From: Betaproteobacteria bacterium
GTDB lineage: Bacteria > Pseudomonadota > Gammaproteobacteria > Burkholderiales > SG8-39
Reading direction: 5' to 3'
Length of the DNA: 64,000 nt
Assembly (NCBI GenBank): GCA_005883675.1
Contig: VBCM01000191.1
Span: 109 to 64,108, forward strand
The position numbers and the translations under genes were made by a program. The notes under the pieces are model-generated. The model searched no databases and was not told the DNA's origin. It saw nothing but the letters and a program-made list of their open reading frames with translations. Below are positions 1-8,353 of the stretch, piece by piece. Positions within the stretch are counted from its first letter, which is position 1. Each line of letters opens with the position of its first letter.

Positions 1-404
1 CCGTGGTAGCGCCGCTCGAGCGCGCGGATCGGCGGCGGCTTGGCGATATCGAAAAAGCGGAAGAGCACGAATGCCGCCAACTGCCAAGCGAACGTGCGCG
101 GCACGATCGCGAGCACCAGCAGGAACGCCACGATTTCATCCCATACCATCGCGCGATGGTCGGCGACGCCGAGGTGGCGACCGGTGAGCGCGCACGCCCA
201 TATGCCCAGGACGAAGAGCGGCGCCATGGCGGCCGCGAGCAGCGCCGGCGGCATCACGCTCGAGGCGTACCAGCCGAGCGGCCACGCCACGAGCGTGCCG
301 ACCGTGCCCGGCGCAAAGGGCGAGAGGCCGGCGCCAAAGCCGAGCGCGATGGCATGCGCCGGGTGCGAGAACGCGAACCCCGGCGTGGGCCGCGCGATGA
401 TCAC
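1..404 (-). CDS. pgpA: phosphatidylglycerophosphatase A (last few codons beyond window edge)
   Basis: Not in ORF track because it starts with GTG at 404 (GTGA overlap with thiL stop). My translation VIIARPTPGFAFSHPAHAIALGFGAGLSPFAPGTVGTL...MVWDEIVAFLLVLAIVP...FRFFDIAKPPPIRALERRYHG fits the PgpA family. nusB-thiL-pgpA synteny. Confidence 0.85.
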   Translation of the reverse strand, partial: MIIARPTPGFAFSHPAHAIALGFGAGLSPFAPGTVGTLVAWPLGWYASSVMPPALLAAAMAPLFVLGIWACALTGRHLGVADHRAMVWDEIVAFLLVLAIVPRTFAWQLAAFVLFRFFDIAKPPPIRALERRYH

Positions 405-1351
405 GCGTTCCCACGGAAGTGGTCGTAGCCGCCGCGATACGCGAGGGGCGCGCCGCGCTCGTCGCGCACCTCGAGGCGAGGTGCGCCCGGCTCGATGGTG
501 CCGATACGGGTGAGCGCAAGACCGAGCTCGCGGCTGAGTGCCTGGAGCGCCGGGCGTTCATCCGGCGCGGCGGTGAATAGGAGCTCGTAGTCGTCGCCGC
601 CGGAGAGCACGCAATCGCGCTCGAGCTCGGTGTCGCCGAGGGCGGCGAAGGCCGCGGCGCGTGGGATGCGCGCGTAATCCAGCACCGCAGCGAGGCGCGA
701 GCGCTCGAGGATGTGCCCGAGGTCGCCGACCAGGCCGTCGGAAACGTCGATCGCCGCGTGCGCGAGCCCGCGCAGGCGCTCGCCGAGCTCGACGCGCGGC
801 TCGGGCTCGTGCAGCCGGCGCGCTGCCTCGGCGATATCCGGACGGCGCAAGGCGAGCGCTGCGCCGCCGAGCTCGCCCGAGACCCAGACGTCGTCGCCGG
901 CGCGCGCGCCGCTGCGATAGAGCGCGACGCCCGCCGGCACTTCGCCGATCGCCACGATGCTGATGGTGCGCAGCGCCGAGCGCGTGGTGTCGCCGCCGAT
1001 CAGCTCGACGCCGAAGCGCTCGGCGAGCGCGAAGAGCCCGGCGGAAAACTCGGCCAGCCAGTCCTCCGCCACCGCCGGCAGGCCGATGGCGAGCAGCGCC
1101 CAGCGCGGCGCCGCGCCCATCGCGGCGAGGTCGGAAAGGTTGACCGCGAGCGCCTTGTGCCCGAGCGAGCGCGGCGCGGCGTCGGCGGCGAAATGGCGGC
1201 CCTCCACCAGCATGTCGGTGGTGAGGGCGAGGTCGAGCCCGGCGTTGGGACGCAGGAGCGCGCAGTCGTCCCCCACGCCGAGCAGCGCGCCGCCGTGCGT
1301 ACTGCGGGGCGCGCGCGCGAAATAGCGCGCGATGAGCTCGAACTCGGTCAG
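401..1351 (-). CDS. thiL: thiamine-monophosphate kinase
   Basis: ORF 401..1276 (GDDCALL, DMLVEGRHF, GGDTT, SGGDDYELLFT) is ThiL-like. Conserved N-terminus [16 protein letters not shown] lies upstream of the first ATG. The only start-like codon in frame is CTG at 1351, overlapping the nusB stop, so the start is uncertain. Confidence 0.85.
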   Translation of the reverse strand: MTEFELIARYFARAPRSTHGGALLGVGDDCALLRPNAGLDLALTTDMLVEGRHFAADAAPRSLGHKALAVNLSDLAAMGAAPRWALLAIGLPAVAEDWLAEFSAGLFALAERFGVELIGGDTTRSALRTISIVAIGEVPAGVALYRSGARAGDDVWVSGELGGAALALRRPDIAEAARRLHEPEPRVELGERLRGLAHAAIDVSDGLVGDLGHILERSRLAAVLDYARIPRAAAFAALGDTELERDCVLSGGDDYELLFTAAPDERPALQALSRELGLALTRIGTIEPGAPRLEVRDERGAPLAYRGGYDHFRGNA

Positions 1352-1776
1352 ACGGGATTGCGCGCGCGCGCCACTTCGTCGGGGCGCAGGCGCGCGGCGA
1401 TCTTTTCGAGCACGCCGTTGACGAAGCGGTGGCCTTCGGCGGCGCCGTAGCTCTTGCCGAGCTCGATCGCCTCGTTGACCACCACCTTGAACGGCGTTTC
1501 GGGATGCGCCATCAGCTCGAAGGCGCCGATGTAGAGGATCGCGCGCTCCACCGGCGAGAGCTTGGCGAACTCGCGGTCGCTGTGCGGGACGATCAGGCGC
1601 TGGAGCTCGCCCGCGCGGTCGCGCACGCCGCGCACCAGCGCCTCGGCGAACGCGCGGTCGGCCTTGTCCTCGCTCTCCAGGCCGCGCGCCTCGTCGAGCG
1701 GGTCGCAGCCGGAGAGCTGCCAGGCGTAAAGCGCCTGCAGCGCGATCTCGCGCGCCTGGCGCCTAGCGCTCTTCAT
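1348..1776 (-). CDS. nusB: transcription antitermination factor NusB
   Basis: 142 aa, [20 protein letters not shown]... typical NusB. Sits between ribH and thiL. Confidence 0.95.
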   Translation of the reverse strand: MKSARRQAREIALQALYAWQLSGCDPLDEARGLESEDKADRAFAEALVRGVRDRAGELQRLIVPHSDREFAKLSPVERAILYIGAFELMAHPETPFKVVVNEAIELGKSYGAAEGHRFVNGVLEKIAARLRPDEVARARNPV

Positions 1777-2176
1777 CGAGCCGCTTCCTCAGGTTCGCCA
1801 TCTCCAACGCCACGCGCACTGCTTCGGCGCCCTTCTCGAGCCGCGCCTCGGCCTGCGCCTCGTCCTCGGTCGTGAGGATGCCATTAGCAATCGGCAGGCC
1901 GCACTCTAGCGCCACCTCCATGACGCCGCGCGCCGACTCGTTCGCCACCACCTCGAAGTGGTAGGTCTCGCCGCGGATCACGGTGCCGATCGCCACCAGC
2001 GCGTCGTAGCGGCCGCTTTGCGCGAGCCATTGCAGCGCCACGGGGATCTCGAGCGCGCCGGGCACCGACAGCACGCGCGCTTCGGCGCCGAGCTTGCGCG
2101 CTTCTTCCTCGGCGCGCGCGAGCAGCCTCGCAGCGAGTGCCTCGTTGAACCGGCTGGCGACGATCGCAAGACGCAT
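1763..2176 (-). CDS. ribH: 6,7-dimethyl-8-ribityllumazine synthase
   Basis: Internal ATG of ORF 1763..2389. [19 protein letters not shown]...VPGALEIP...[17 protein letters not shown]... is the lumazine synthase signature. The upstream part of the ORF overlaps ribBA and is Arg/Ser-rich noise. Confidence 0.9.
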   Translation of the reverse strand: MRLAIVASRFNEALAARLLARAEEEARKLGAEARVLSVPGALEIPVALQWLAQSGRYDALVAIGTVIRGETYHFEVVANESARGVMEVALECGLPIANGILTTEDEAQAEARLEKGAEAVRVALEMANLRKRLDEER

Positions 2177-2180
2177 GGCG

Positions 2181-3299
2181 CTAGCGAGCTCGCCCGAGCG
2201 GGCCGCTGACGTAGCCGGTGACTTCGAGCCCGAAGCCCGCCATGCTGGGCATCTTGCGCGGCGCGGCGAGGAGCCGCATGCGGCCGATGCCGAGATCGCG
2301 CAGGATCTGCGCGCCGATGCCGTAGAGGCGCAGATCGGCGGCGCGGCCGGCGACCGGGCGCACTTCGCCCAGGCGCGCCTGCAGCGCATCGGTGCTCTGC
2401 GTGCAGTTGAGGAGCACCATCGCGCCCTCGCCCGCTTCGCGGATCGCCGCGAGCGCCTCGCCCACGCCCCAGGAATGCGTGCCGGGGCCGGCGTCCAGCA
2501 GATCGACGATCGACAGCGGCTCGTGCACGCGCACCAGCGTCTCGCGCCCGCCCGCCGGCGTACCGAGCACGAGCGCCAGATGAATCGAGCCCAGCGCGAG
2601 GTCGCGGTAGGCGATGAGGTGGAAGCGCCCCCAGGCGGTCTCGATGTCGCGCTCGAGCGTGCGGCTCACCAGCGACTCGTTGCGGCTGCGGTACTCGATG
2701 AGATCGGCGATGGTGCCCATCTTGAGCTCGTGCTCGGCGGCGAACTGCAGCAGATCGGGCAGCCGCGCCATGGCGCCGTCCTCGCGCATGATCTCGCAGA
2801 GCACCGCGGCCGGCGTCAGGCCGGCGAGTCGCGCGAGATCGCAGCACGCCTCGGTGTGCCCCGCGCGCACCAGCACGCCGCCGCGCTGCGCAATGAGCGG
2901 GAACACATGCCCCGGCTGGACAATGTCCTCGGGACGTGCGCCCGGGGCCGCGGCGACCTTGATGGTCAGAGCGCGATCGTGCGCCGAGATGCCGGTGGCG
3001 ATGCCCTCGGCCGCTTCGATGGAAACGGTGAAGTTGGTGCCGTGGCGCGAGCGGTTGTGCTCGACCATCGGGCGCAGGCCGAGGCGCGCGGCGTGCTCCT
3101 CGGTGATCGGCATGCAGATCAGGCCGCGCCCGTGGCGCGCGAGGAAGTTGATCTTGTCGGGCGAGACGAACTCGGCGGCGAACACGAGGTCGCCCTCGTT
3201 CTCGCGGTCCTCGTCGTCGACCAGGATCACGATCCGGCCGGCCCGGATCTGCCCGATGATCTCGCTGATCGGGCTGATGGCAGTGGCGTCCCTGCGCAT
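2181..3299 (-). CDS. ribBA: bifunctional 3,4-dihydroxy-2-butanone-4-phosphate synthase / GTP cyclohydrolase II-like protein
   Basis: 372 aa. N-terminal DHBP synthase motifs ([34 protein letters not shown]) plus a C-terminal GCH-II-like domain. Confidence 0.93.
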   Translation of the reverse strand: MRRDATAISPISEIIGQIRAGRIVILVDDEDRENEGDLVFAAEFVSPDKINFLARHGRGLICMPITEEHAARLGLRPMVEHNRSRHGTNFTVSIEAAEGIATGISAHDRALTIKVAAAPGARPEDIVQPGHVFPLIAQRGGVLVRAGHTEACCDLARLAGLTPAAVLCEIMREDGAMARLPDLLQFAAEHELKMGTIADLIEYRSRNESLVSRTLERDIETAWGRFHLIAYRDLALGSIHLALVLGTPAGGRETLVRVHEPLSIVDLLDAGPGTHSWGVGEALAAIREAGEGAMVLLNCTQSTDALQARLGEVRPVAGRAADLRLYGIGAQILRDLGIGRMRLLAAPRKMPSMAGFGLEVTGYVSGPLGRAR

Positions 3300-3308
3300 G
3301 GCCCGATT

Positions 3309-4355
3309 TTATGCCCCTTCTACTCCTGCGGCTCGCTCTCGGCGCCGCCCGTTCTCTCGCGGATGCGCGCCGACTTGCCGGAGCGCGCGCGCAGGTAATA
3401 GAGCTTCGCGCGGCGTACGTCGCCCTTTCGCTTCACCTCGATCGAGGCGATGAGCGGCGAATAGGTCTGGAAGGTGCGCTCGACTCCCTCGCCCGAGGAG
3501 ATCTTGCGCACGATGAAGGACGAGTTGAGGCCGCGGTTCCGCTTCGCGATCACCATGCCCTCGAACGCCTGGACGCGCTTTCGCTCGCCCTCGACCACGT
3601 TGACGTTGACGAGCACCGTGTCGCCCGGCGCGAAGTCCGGCACGTGTTTGCCCAGCCGCTTGATCTCTTCCTGCTCGATCGTCTTGATCAGATCCGGGGC
3701 GGCGCAACCAGGTGCGCCCCAGCGCCTGCTTCAGGCGCCAGCGCCTAATGTTCTCATGATGCCCGGAGAGCAGTACCTCCGGCACCCGCTCGCCCTGATA
3801 CCCCTCCGGCCGCGTGTATTGCGGGCAATCGAGCAGCCCCGCGGCGAACGATTCCTCTAGCGCCGACTGCTCGTCGCCGAGCGCACCGGGCAACTGGCGC
3901 ACACAGGCATCGATCAGCGCCATCGCCGCGAGCTCGCCGCCCGAGAGCACGAAGTCGCCGAGCGACAGCTCCTCGTCCACCCGGCGCCGCAAGAGGCGCT
4001 CATCGACGCCCTCGTAACGCCCGCAAAGCAACGTGATGGCGCTCTCTCGCGAAAGCGCCATCACCTTGCGGTGATCGAGCTTCAGGCCCTGCGGCGAGAG
4101 GTAAACCACCCGCCCGCCGCCCGCCGAGCGCACCGCATCGAGCGCGCGCTCGAGCGGCTCGGCGAGCATCACCATTCCCGGTCCGCCGCCGTACGGCCGG
4201 TCATCCACCGTGCGGTAGTGGTCGGTGGTGAAATCGCGCGGGTTCCATGTCCGCAGCTCCCACAGCCGCGCCTCGAGCGCCCGGCTGGTGATACCGTGTT
4301 CGCTGAGCGCCGCAAGCATCGCCGGGAACAGCGTGACGACGTCGAAGCGCATCAC
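3309..4355 (-). CDS. trmD: tRNA (guanine37-N1)-methyltransferase TrmD with aberrant 3' extension across rplS
   Basis: [12 protein letters not shown]...[13 protein letters not shown]...[13 protein letters not shown]...[11 protein letters not shown]...[16 protein letters not shown] is TrmD up to about 3697. The reading frame then continues as Arg/Gly-rich nonsense through rplS to 3309. Confidence 0.85.
   Translation of the reverse strand: MMRFDVVTLFPAMLAALSEHGITSRALEARLWELRTWNPRDFTTDHYRTVDDRPYGGGPGMVMLAEPLERALDAVRSAGGGRVVYLSPQGLKLDHRKVMALSRESAITLLCGRYEGVDERLLRRRVDEELSLGDFVLSGGELAAMALIDACVRQLPGALGDEQSALEESFAAGLLDCPQYTRPEGYQGERVPEVLLSGHHENIRRWRLKQALGRTWLRRPGSDQDDRAGRDQAAGQTRAGLRAGRHGARQRQRGRGRAKARPGVRGHGDREAEPRPQLVLHRAQDLLGRGSRAHLPDLFAAHRLDRGEAKGRRTPREALLPARALRQVGAHPRENGRRRERAAGVEGA
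3320..3694 (-). CDS. rplS: 50S ribosomal protein L19, no canonical start codon present
   Basis: L19 homology [66 protein letters not shown]... begins at 3694 with no ATG/GTG/TTG. The first ATG (3643) would remove about 17 conserved residues. See finding. Confidence 0.85.
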   Translation of the reverse strand, partial: DLIKTIEQEEIKRLGKHVPDFAPGDTVLVNVNVVEGERKRVQAFEGMVIAKRNRGLNSSFIVRKISSGEGVERTFQTYSPLIASIEVKRKGDVRRAKLYYLRARSGKSARIRERTGGAESEPQE

Positions 4356-4365
4356 CAGTCCCGCT

Positions 4366-4866
4366 TCACCAATCCATTTGCCAGTCGACCACGATCCGTC
4401 CGGCGCCGAGATCCACCTCTTTCACGATCGCGCTCGCCCAAGGAATGAGACGCGTTCGGCTGCCTGCCACTTCCATCACGTCCTGCGCGCCGTTCGAGAG
4501 CCACTGCTTTACGGTGCCCAGGACCTCATCCTGTTCGTTGCGCACTTCCAGGCCGATCAAATCGGCGAGGTAGTAGTGCCCTTCGCCTGGGTCGACCAGC
4601 GCTGCGCGCTCTATCGCAACGCGCGCGCCTTTCAATCGCATCGCCTGCTCGCGCGTCTCGATGCCGTCGAGCTTGGCGACCACGCTCGCGCTGTGCAGCT
4701 TGGCAGCGGCGACCAGATGCAGCTCGTCGCCGATCCACCATTCGCGCACGCCGGCGAGCGTTTGCGCCACGCCGCCGCCGGGCGCCACCTTGATCCAGCC
4801 GCGCACGCCGTAGGCAGCGGCGACGCGGCCCATATCGATCAGGCGATCAGGCTGCCTTCTTGGCAA
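4366..4866 (-). CDS. rimM: ribosome maturation factor RimM
   Basis: 166 aa, [15 protein letters not shown] and PRC-barrel-like C-terminus. rpsP-rimM-trmD-rplS operon order. Confidence 0.9.
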   Translation of the reverse strand: MPRRQPDRLIDMGRVAAAYGVRGWIKVAPGGGVAQTLAGVREWWIGDELHLVAAAKLHSASVVAKLDGIETREQAMRLKGARVAIERAALVDPGEGHYYLADLIGLEVRNEQDEVLGTVKQWLSNGAQDVMEVAGSRTRLIPWASAIVKEVDLGAGRIVVDWQMDW

Positions 4867-5098
4867 ACTGCTTCACGAGCCGCCCGGCCGTCAGCGAGAG
4901 CTGCGCGCCGCGACCTTGCCAATGCTTCACGCGCTCGATGTTCACGCGCAGCGCCTCGCGCCCCTGCGGCGCTTTCGGATCGTAAAAGCCGACGCGCTCG
5001 AGAAACTTGCCCGAGGCGGCCCGGCGCGAGTCCGCCACCACCAAGTGGAAGAACGGGCGCTTGTTGGCGCCGCCGCGCTGCAGTCGAATCACCACCAT
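4847..5098 (-). CDS. rpsP: 30S ribosomal protein S16
   Basis: [25 protein letters not shown]... The second ATG of ORF 4847..5104 fits the S16 N-terminus. Confidence 0.95.
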   Translation of the reverse strand: MVVIRLQRGGANKRPFFHLVVADSRRAASGKFLERVGFYDPKAPQGREALRVNIERVKHWQGRGAQLSLTAGRLVKQFAKKAA

Positions 5099-5209
5099 TC
5101 GCAATAGCTCCGCAAACCGCGAAAAGGCGCGGATTATACGGGAAAAGTACGCCCCTTAGGAGCCATCGCCGCCGTCCGGTAATGCGACAATGCCGGCCGG
5201 GAGGAAGGG

Positions 5210-5986
5210 ATGCTGCAGGCGCTCCGCGAGATCGAGGGCGGGATCCAGCTGTCGCTCAACGTGGCGGCGCGCGCGCCGCGCCTGCGCGTGGCGCCGATCT
5301 TCGAATCGTTCCTTCGTCAGGTGTACTTCACCGGGGTCACCGCGGCGACCGGCGTGGTGCTGCGCGCCTGCGGCCTGGGCGTGATCATCATCGCGGTGAT
5401 GATGGACATGCTCGACGCCGACGTCGATCTGGCGGTGAAGATCCTGCTGCTGCTGGTGTTCCGCGAGATCGGCCCGCTCGCCGCGGCGGTCGTGGTCATC
5501 CTGCGCACCGGCACGGCGGTCTCGGCGGAGATGGCGATGATGCGCGTCTCGGGGCAGACGCGCGCGCTGCGCTATATGGGCATCGATCTCTACGACTATC
5601 TAGTGCTGCCGCGCGTGGCGGGCATCATGCTCGCTACCGCGGCGCTCACCTTGTACGTGCAGTTCCTCGCCGTGCTGGGCGGGCTCGTGCTCAGTCCGTT
5701 CGTTATAGAGGCGTCGTTCACCGAGCTCACCGACCGGCTGTTCGACCTGTTTGCCCCGGTCGACTTCTATTACTCGGTGCTGAAGAGCCTACTCTTCGGC
5801 TTCGCCATCGCCGCCTGCTGCTGCTGGCACGGGCTCAATCCTCCCGATCTCACGCAGAACGCGGTGCCGAAGGCCGTGACCCGCGCCGTAACGCAGAGTG
5901 CGATGCTGGTGCTGCTCATCAACGCAGTGTTCGCTTACCTCGTGTTCGGCATCCTGTTCTTCGGGCTGGTGAAGGCGCCCGCATGA
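5210..5986 (+). CDS. MlaE-family ABC transporter permease
   Basis: 258 aa polytopic protein with the MlaE-type REIGPL motif. GGGAGGAAGGG Shine-Dalgarno upstream. Stop overlaps the next start (ATGA). Confidence 0.85.
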   Translation: MLQALREIEGGIQLSLNVAARAPRLRVAPIFESFLRQVYFTGVTAATGVVLRACGLGVIIIAVMMDMLDADVDLAVKILLLLVFREIGPLAAAVVVILRTGTAVSAEMAMMRVSGQTRALRYMGIDLYDYLVLPRVAGIMLATAALTLYVQFLAVLGGLVLSPFVIEASFTELTDRLFDLFAPVDFYYSVLKSLLFGFAIAACCCWHGLNPPDLTQNAVPKAVTRAVTQSAMLVLLINAVFAYLVFGILFFGLVKAPA

Positions 5987-6585
5987 CAGAGCTCGCGGTG
6001 CGCTACCGCCGCAAAACCGCGCGGCACGAGGTGCAGGCCGCGGTACCGAAGGGCGCGGTGACGCGCATGCACGTCCCCGACGACGATGCCAAGGCGCACC
6101 TCGTGACCGCCGTGCTCAAGGCGCGCTGCGAGCCGGGCGAGGAGCTCGAGCTCTTCGGCGAGAGCGCGGCGGGCCTGCCGCCGCCGCGGCGCGAGCGCCT
6201 GCGCGCGCGCGTCGGCGCCGTGTCGCCGATCGTCGGCCTCATCACCAACCTCAACGCCTGGGAGAACATCGCGCTGCCCGCCGCCTACCATGGGGCGCCG
6301 CCGCTCGAGCAGGTGGCCATGCTCGCGCACGAGGTGCTCGCCGCGTTCGGCGCGCAGCCGCGCCATTTCCTCGCCCGCATACCGGACGAGCTCGGCATGC
6401 TCGAGCGCAAGATGGCGGCGTTCGTGCGCTCGCTCGTCACGGCGCCCGAGCTCATGGTGTTCGATGCGCTGGAGGACGGGCTTTCCTACGCCGAGTGCCG
6501 CCATGCCGCGCGCTTCGAGGCCGAGTACCGCGCCCGCCAGCCGCAGGGCACCGTGCTCTACGTCGACACAAGGGAGGACTCATGA
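5983..6585 (+). CDS. ABC ATPase-like protein with degenerate Walker A, Q-loop, signature, Walker B and H-loop (pseudo-NBD)
   Basis: Last 200 codons of ORF 4225..6585. Alignable to MlaF-type NBDs (ERLRARVGAV..., NAWENIALP, PELMVFD), but GxxGxGKS is VPDDDAKA, LSGG is LGML, and DE is DA. Confidence 0.6.
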   Translation: MTELAVRYRRKTARHEVQAAVPKGAVTRMHVPDDDAKAHLVTAVLKARCEPGEELELFGESAAGLPPPRRERLRARVGAVSPIVGLITNLNAWENIALPAAYHGAPPLEQVAMLAHEVLAAFGAQPRHFLARIPDELGMLERKMAAFVRSLVTAPELMVFDALEDGLSYAECRHAARFEAEYRARQPQGTVLYVDTREDS

Positions 6586-7544
6586 GCGTCGCGCTGCCGC
6601 CCGGGCGCTTCACCTGGCTGGTGCTGAAAGTGAACGTCTTCCTGCTGATCGCGCTCGCGCTCGGCGCCGCGTTCATGGGACTCGTCGCCTATAAGCAAGG
6701 CTGGTTCGTGCGTCAGTCGCCGCTGCATTTCGTCACCCCCAATGCGCTCGGCATCAACAAGGGCATGCCGGTGAAGCTGCATGGCTTCACCATCGGTCAG
6801 GTAAGCGAGCTCAAGCTTGCCGAAGGCGGCGTCGATGTACAGCTCTCCATCGTGAGCGAGTACCTGCGGCGCATTCCGCAGGGCTCTTACGCCCGGCACG
6901 CACGCGAGGCGGGCGTGATCGGCACGGCGGTGATCGACGTCGTCCCTGGGCAAGGCGCGCTGCCGCTCGCCGAGGGGGCCCTCATCCAGTTCCAGCCGGC
7001 GCGCGGCATCTCCGAGATCATCGACGACTTCCGGCGCCAGGCGATGCCGGCGTTCAACGAAGTTAAGCAGGCAATGTCGCAGATCGGCCGCTCGGGCGAG
7101 GACCTGACCGGCATTCTCGCGGCGCTGCGCCGCGAGGTCGACCAGCTCCCCGCCACGCACCGCGCCGTGCGCCAGCTTGTCGAGGAGGCGACCAAGGCCA
7201 CCGCCGAGCTCAACCAGCAGGCGGGGTCGACGCTCGCCGCCACGGAGCGAGTGGCGCATGGCGTCGATCGCGCCTTGCCCGCGCTCTCGGAGAAGCTCAC
7301 CGCCAGCATCGAATCGATCGACGCCGCGGCCGTGCAGCTGAAGAAGACGGGCGAGGAAGCCCAGGCGGCGCTCAGAAGCGCGCGGCCGCTTCTCGATCGC
7401 GGCGAGACCGCGGCGCGCGAGGCGGGCGATGTGCTCTCCGCGGCGAAGCGCATCTGGCCGTTGAGCGACAGCTTCAAGGACGCCGCCGACGGCATGCTGC
7501 CCATCGACAGCTTCGAGGCACAGGGCAAAGGGCGCGCGCGTTGA
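6582..7544 (+). CDS. MlaD/MCE-domain substrate-binding protein with long coiled C-terminal extension
   Basis: ATG at 6582 after AGGGAGGA, ATGA overlap with the upstream gene. N-terminal TM helix, MCE core (INKGMPVKLHGFTIGQVSEL...VDVQLSI), then a helical Ala/Glu/Leu-rich tail. Confidence 0.8.
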   Translation: MSVALPPGRFTWLVLKVNVFLLIALALGAAFMGLVAYKQGWFVRQSPLHFVTPNALGINKGMPVKLHGFTIGQVSELKLAEGGVDVQLSIVSEYLRRIPQGSYARHAREAGVIGTAVIDVVPGQGALPLAEGALIQFQPARGISEIIDDFRRQAMPAFNEVKQAMSQIGRSGEDLTGILAALRREVDQLPATHRAVRQLVEEATKATAELNQQAGSTLAATERVAHGVDRALPALSEKLTASIESIDAAAVQLKKTGEEAQAALRSARPLLDRGETAAREAGDVLSAAKRIWPLSDSFKDAADGMLPIDSFEAQGKGRAR

Positions 7545-8353
7545 GCCGCTGGCTCGCCGCGTGCCTCGTCGTGCTGATTGCCGCGTGCGCCGCGCCAGCG
7601 CCTGAGCGCGGCTCGCCGGCGCAGACACGCTTGAGCGAGGCCGAGGCGCGCGCCGCGGCCCTCGCCAGATCCGGCGACTACGCCGGCGCCGCGCGCTTCT
7701 ATGGCGAGGCACTGCGGCTTGCGACGTCGCTCGAGAATCCGGACGCGATCGCCGCAAATGCCATCAATCTTTCCATCGTCGACCAGTGGCTCGGTCGGGA
7801 CGCCGAGGCGCGCGCAGCGCTTGCCGCGGTGCTGGACGAGCCGCGCGCGGGCTTCTCCGAGCGGCGCAAGACCCAAGCGGAGCTGCGCCGCGCGATCCTC
7901 GAGGCGGCGAGCGGCAATCTCGGCGCGGCCGAAGTCTGGGCCGGCGAGGCGGAGCGCCGTTGCGCGACAGGCTGCGAATACGCAGCCGCCATCCTCAACG
8001 TGCGCGCGCAGCTCGCGCTCGACTCAGGCCATGCCGCCGAGGCGGCGCGGCTCGCGGCTGCCGCGCGCGAGCGCGCGCAGGGCGAAGCGGGCCGCGGGGA
8101 GGCCGCCAACGCGCTGCGCACGCTCGGCCGCGCGCGCTCGGCGGCGGGCGAGCCGGCGCGCGCGCTCGAGCCGCTCAGGCAGGCGCTGAGCGCGGTCTGG
8201 CGGTCCGCCGGGCGATCAACGATGGCCGCGGCGCGCCCGAGACGGAGGGCCTACTGCGCCGCTAGGACGGGTGGTCGCAAACCGCTGTCCACATGCCCTC
8301 GACGAGCTCGATCTCGCCGTCGAGCCGCGCGCCGAAGCCGAGGAGCTCCTTGA
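7541..8353 (+). CDS. TPR-like lipoprotein (3' end probably frame-shifted, likely true stop at 8265)
   Basis: TTG start overlapping the MlaD stop (TTGA). Lipobox LVVLIAAC, Ala/Arg/Glu-rich helical repeats. After about 8195 GC3 drops in this frame, while the +1 frame keeps high GC3 to the TAG at 8263-8265. Confidence 0.55.
   Translation: MSRWLAACLVVLIAACAAPAPERGSPAQTRLSEAEARAAALARSGDYAGAARFYGEALRLATSLENPDAIAANAINLSIVDQWLGRDAEARAALAAVLDEPRAGFSERRKTQAELRRAILEAASGNLGAAEVWAGEAERRCATGCEYAAAILNVRAQLALDSGHAAEAARLAAAARERAQGEAGRGEAANALRTLGRARSAAGEPARALEPLRQALSAVWRSAGRSTMAAARPRRRAYCAARTGGRKPLSTCPRRARSRRRAARRSRGAP

Noticed and set aside
1763-2389. Short RibH (137 aa) as another deletion lesion, or the longer ORF-track N-terminus as real
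   Set aside because: The [11 protein letters not shown] start fits lumazine synthases that lack the N-terminal extension. The longer ORF overlaps ribBA and is compositionally noise. I see no missing internal block.
3300-3319. FMN (RFN) riboswitch upstream of ribBA, and a TPP element near thiL
   Set aside because: Only 20 nt separate ribBA from the rplS stop, and thiL abuts nusB. There is no room for a riboswitch aptamer.
4225-5982. N-terminal 586 codons of the 786-codon ORF 4225..6585
   Set aside because: This stretch runs antisense through trmD, rimM and rpsP, and out of frame through the MlaE-like gene. Only the last 200 codons (from the ATG at 5983, coupled to the upstream stop) look like a real gene.
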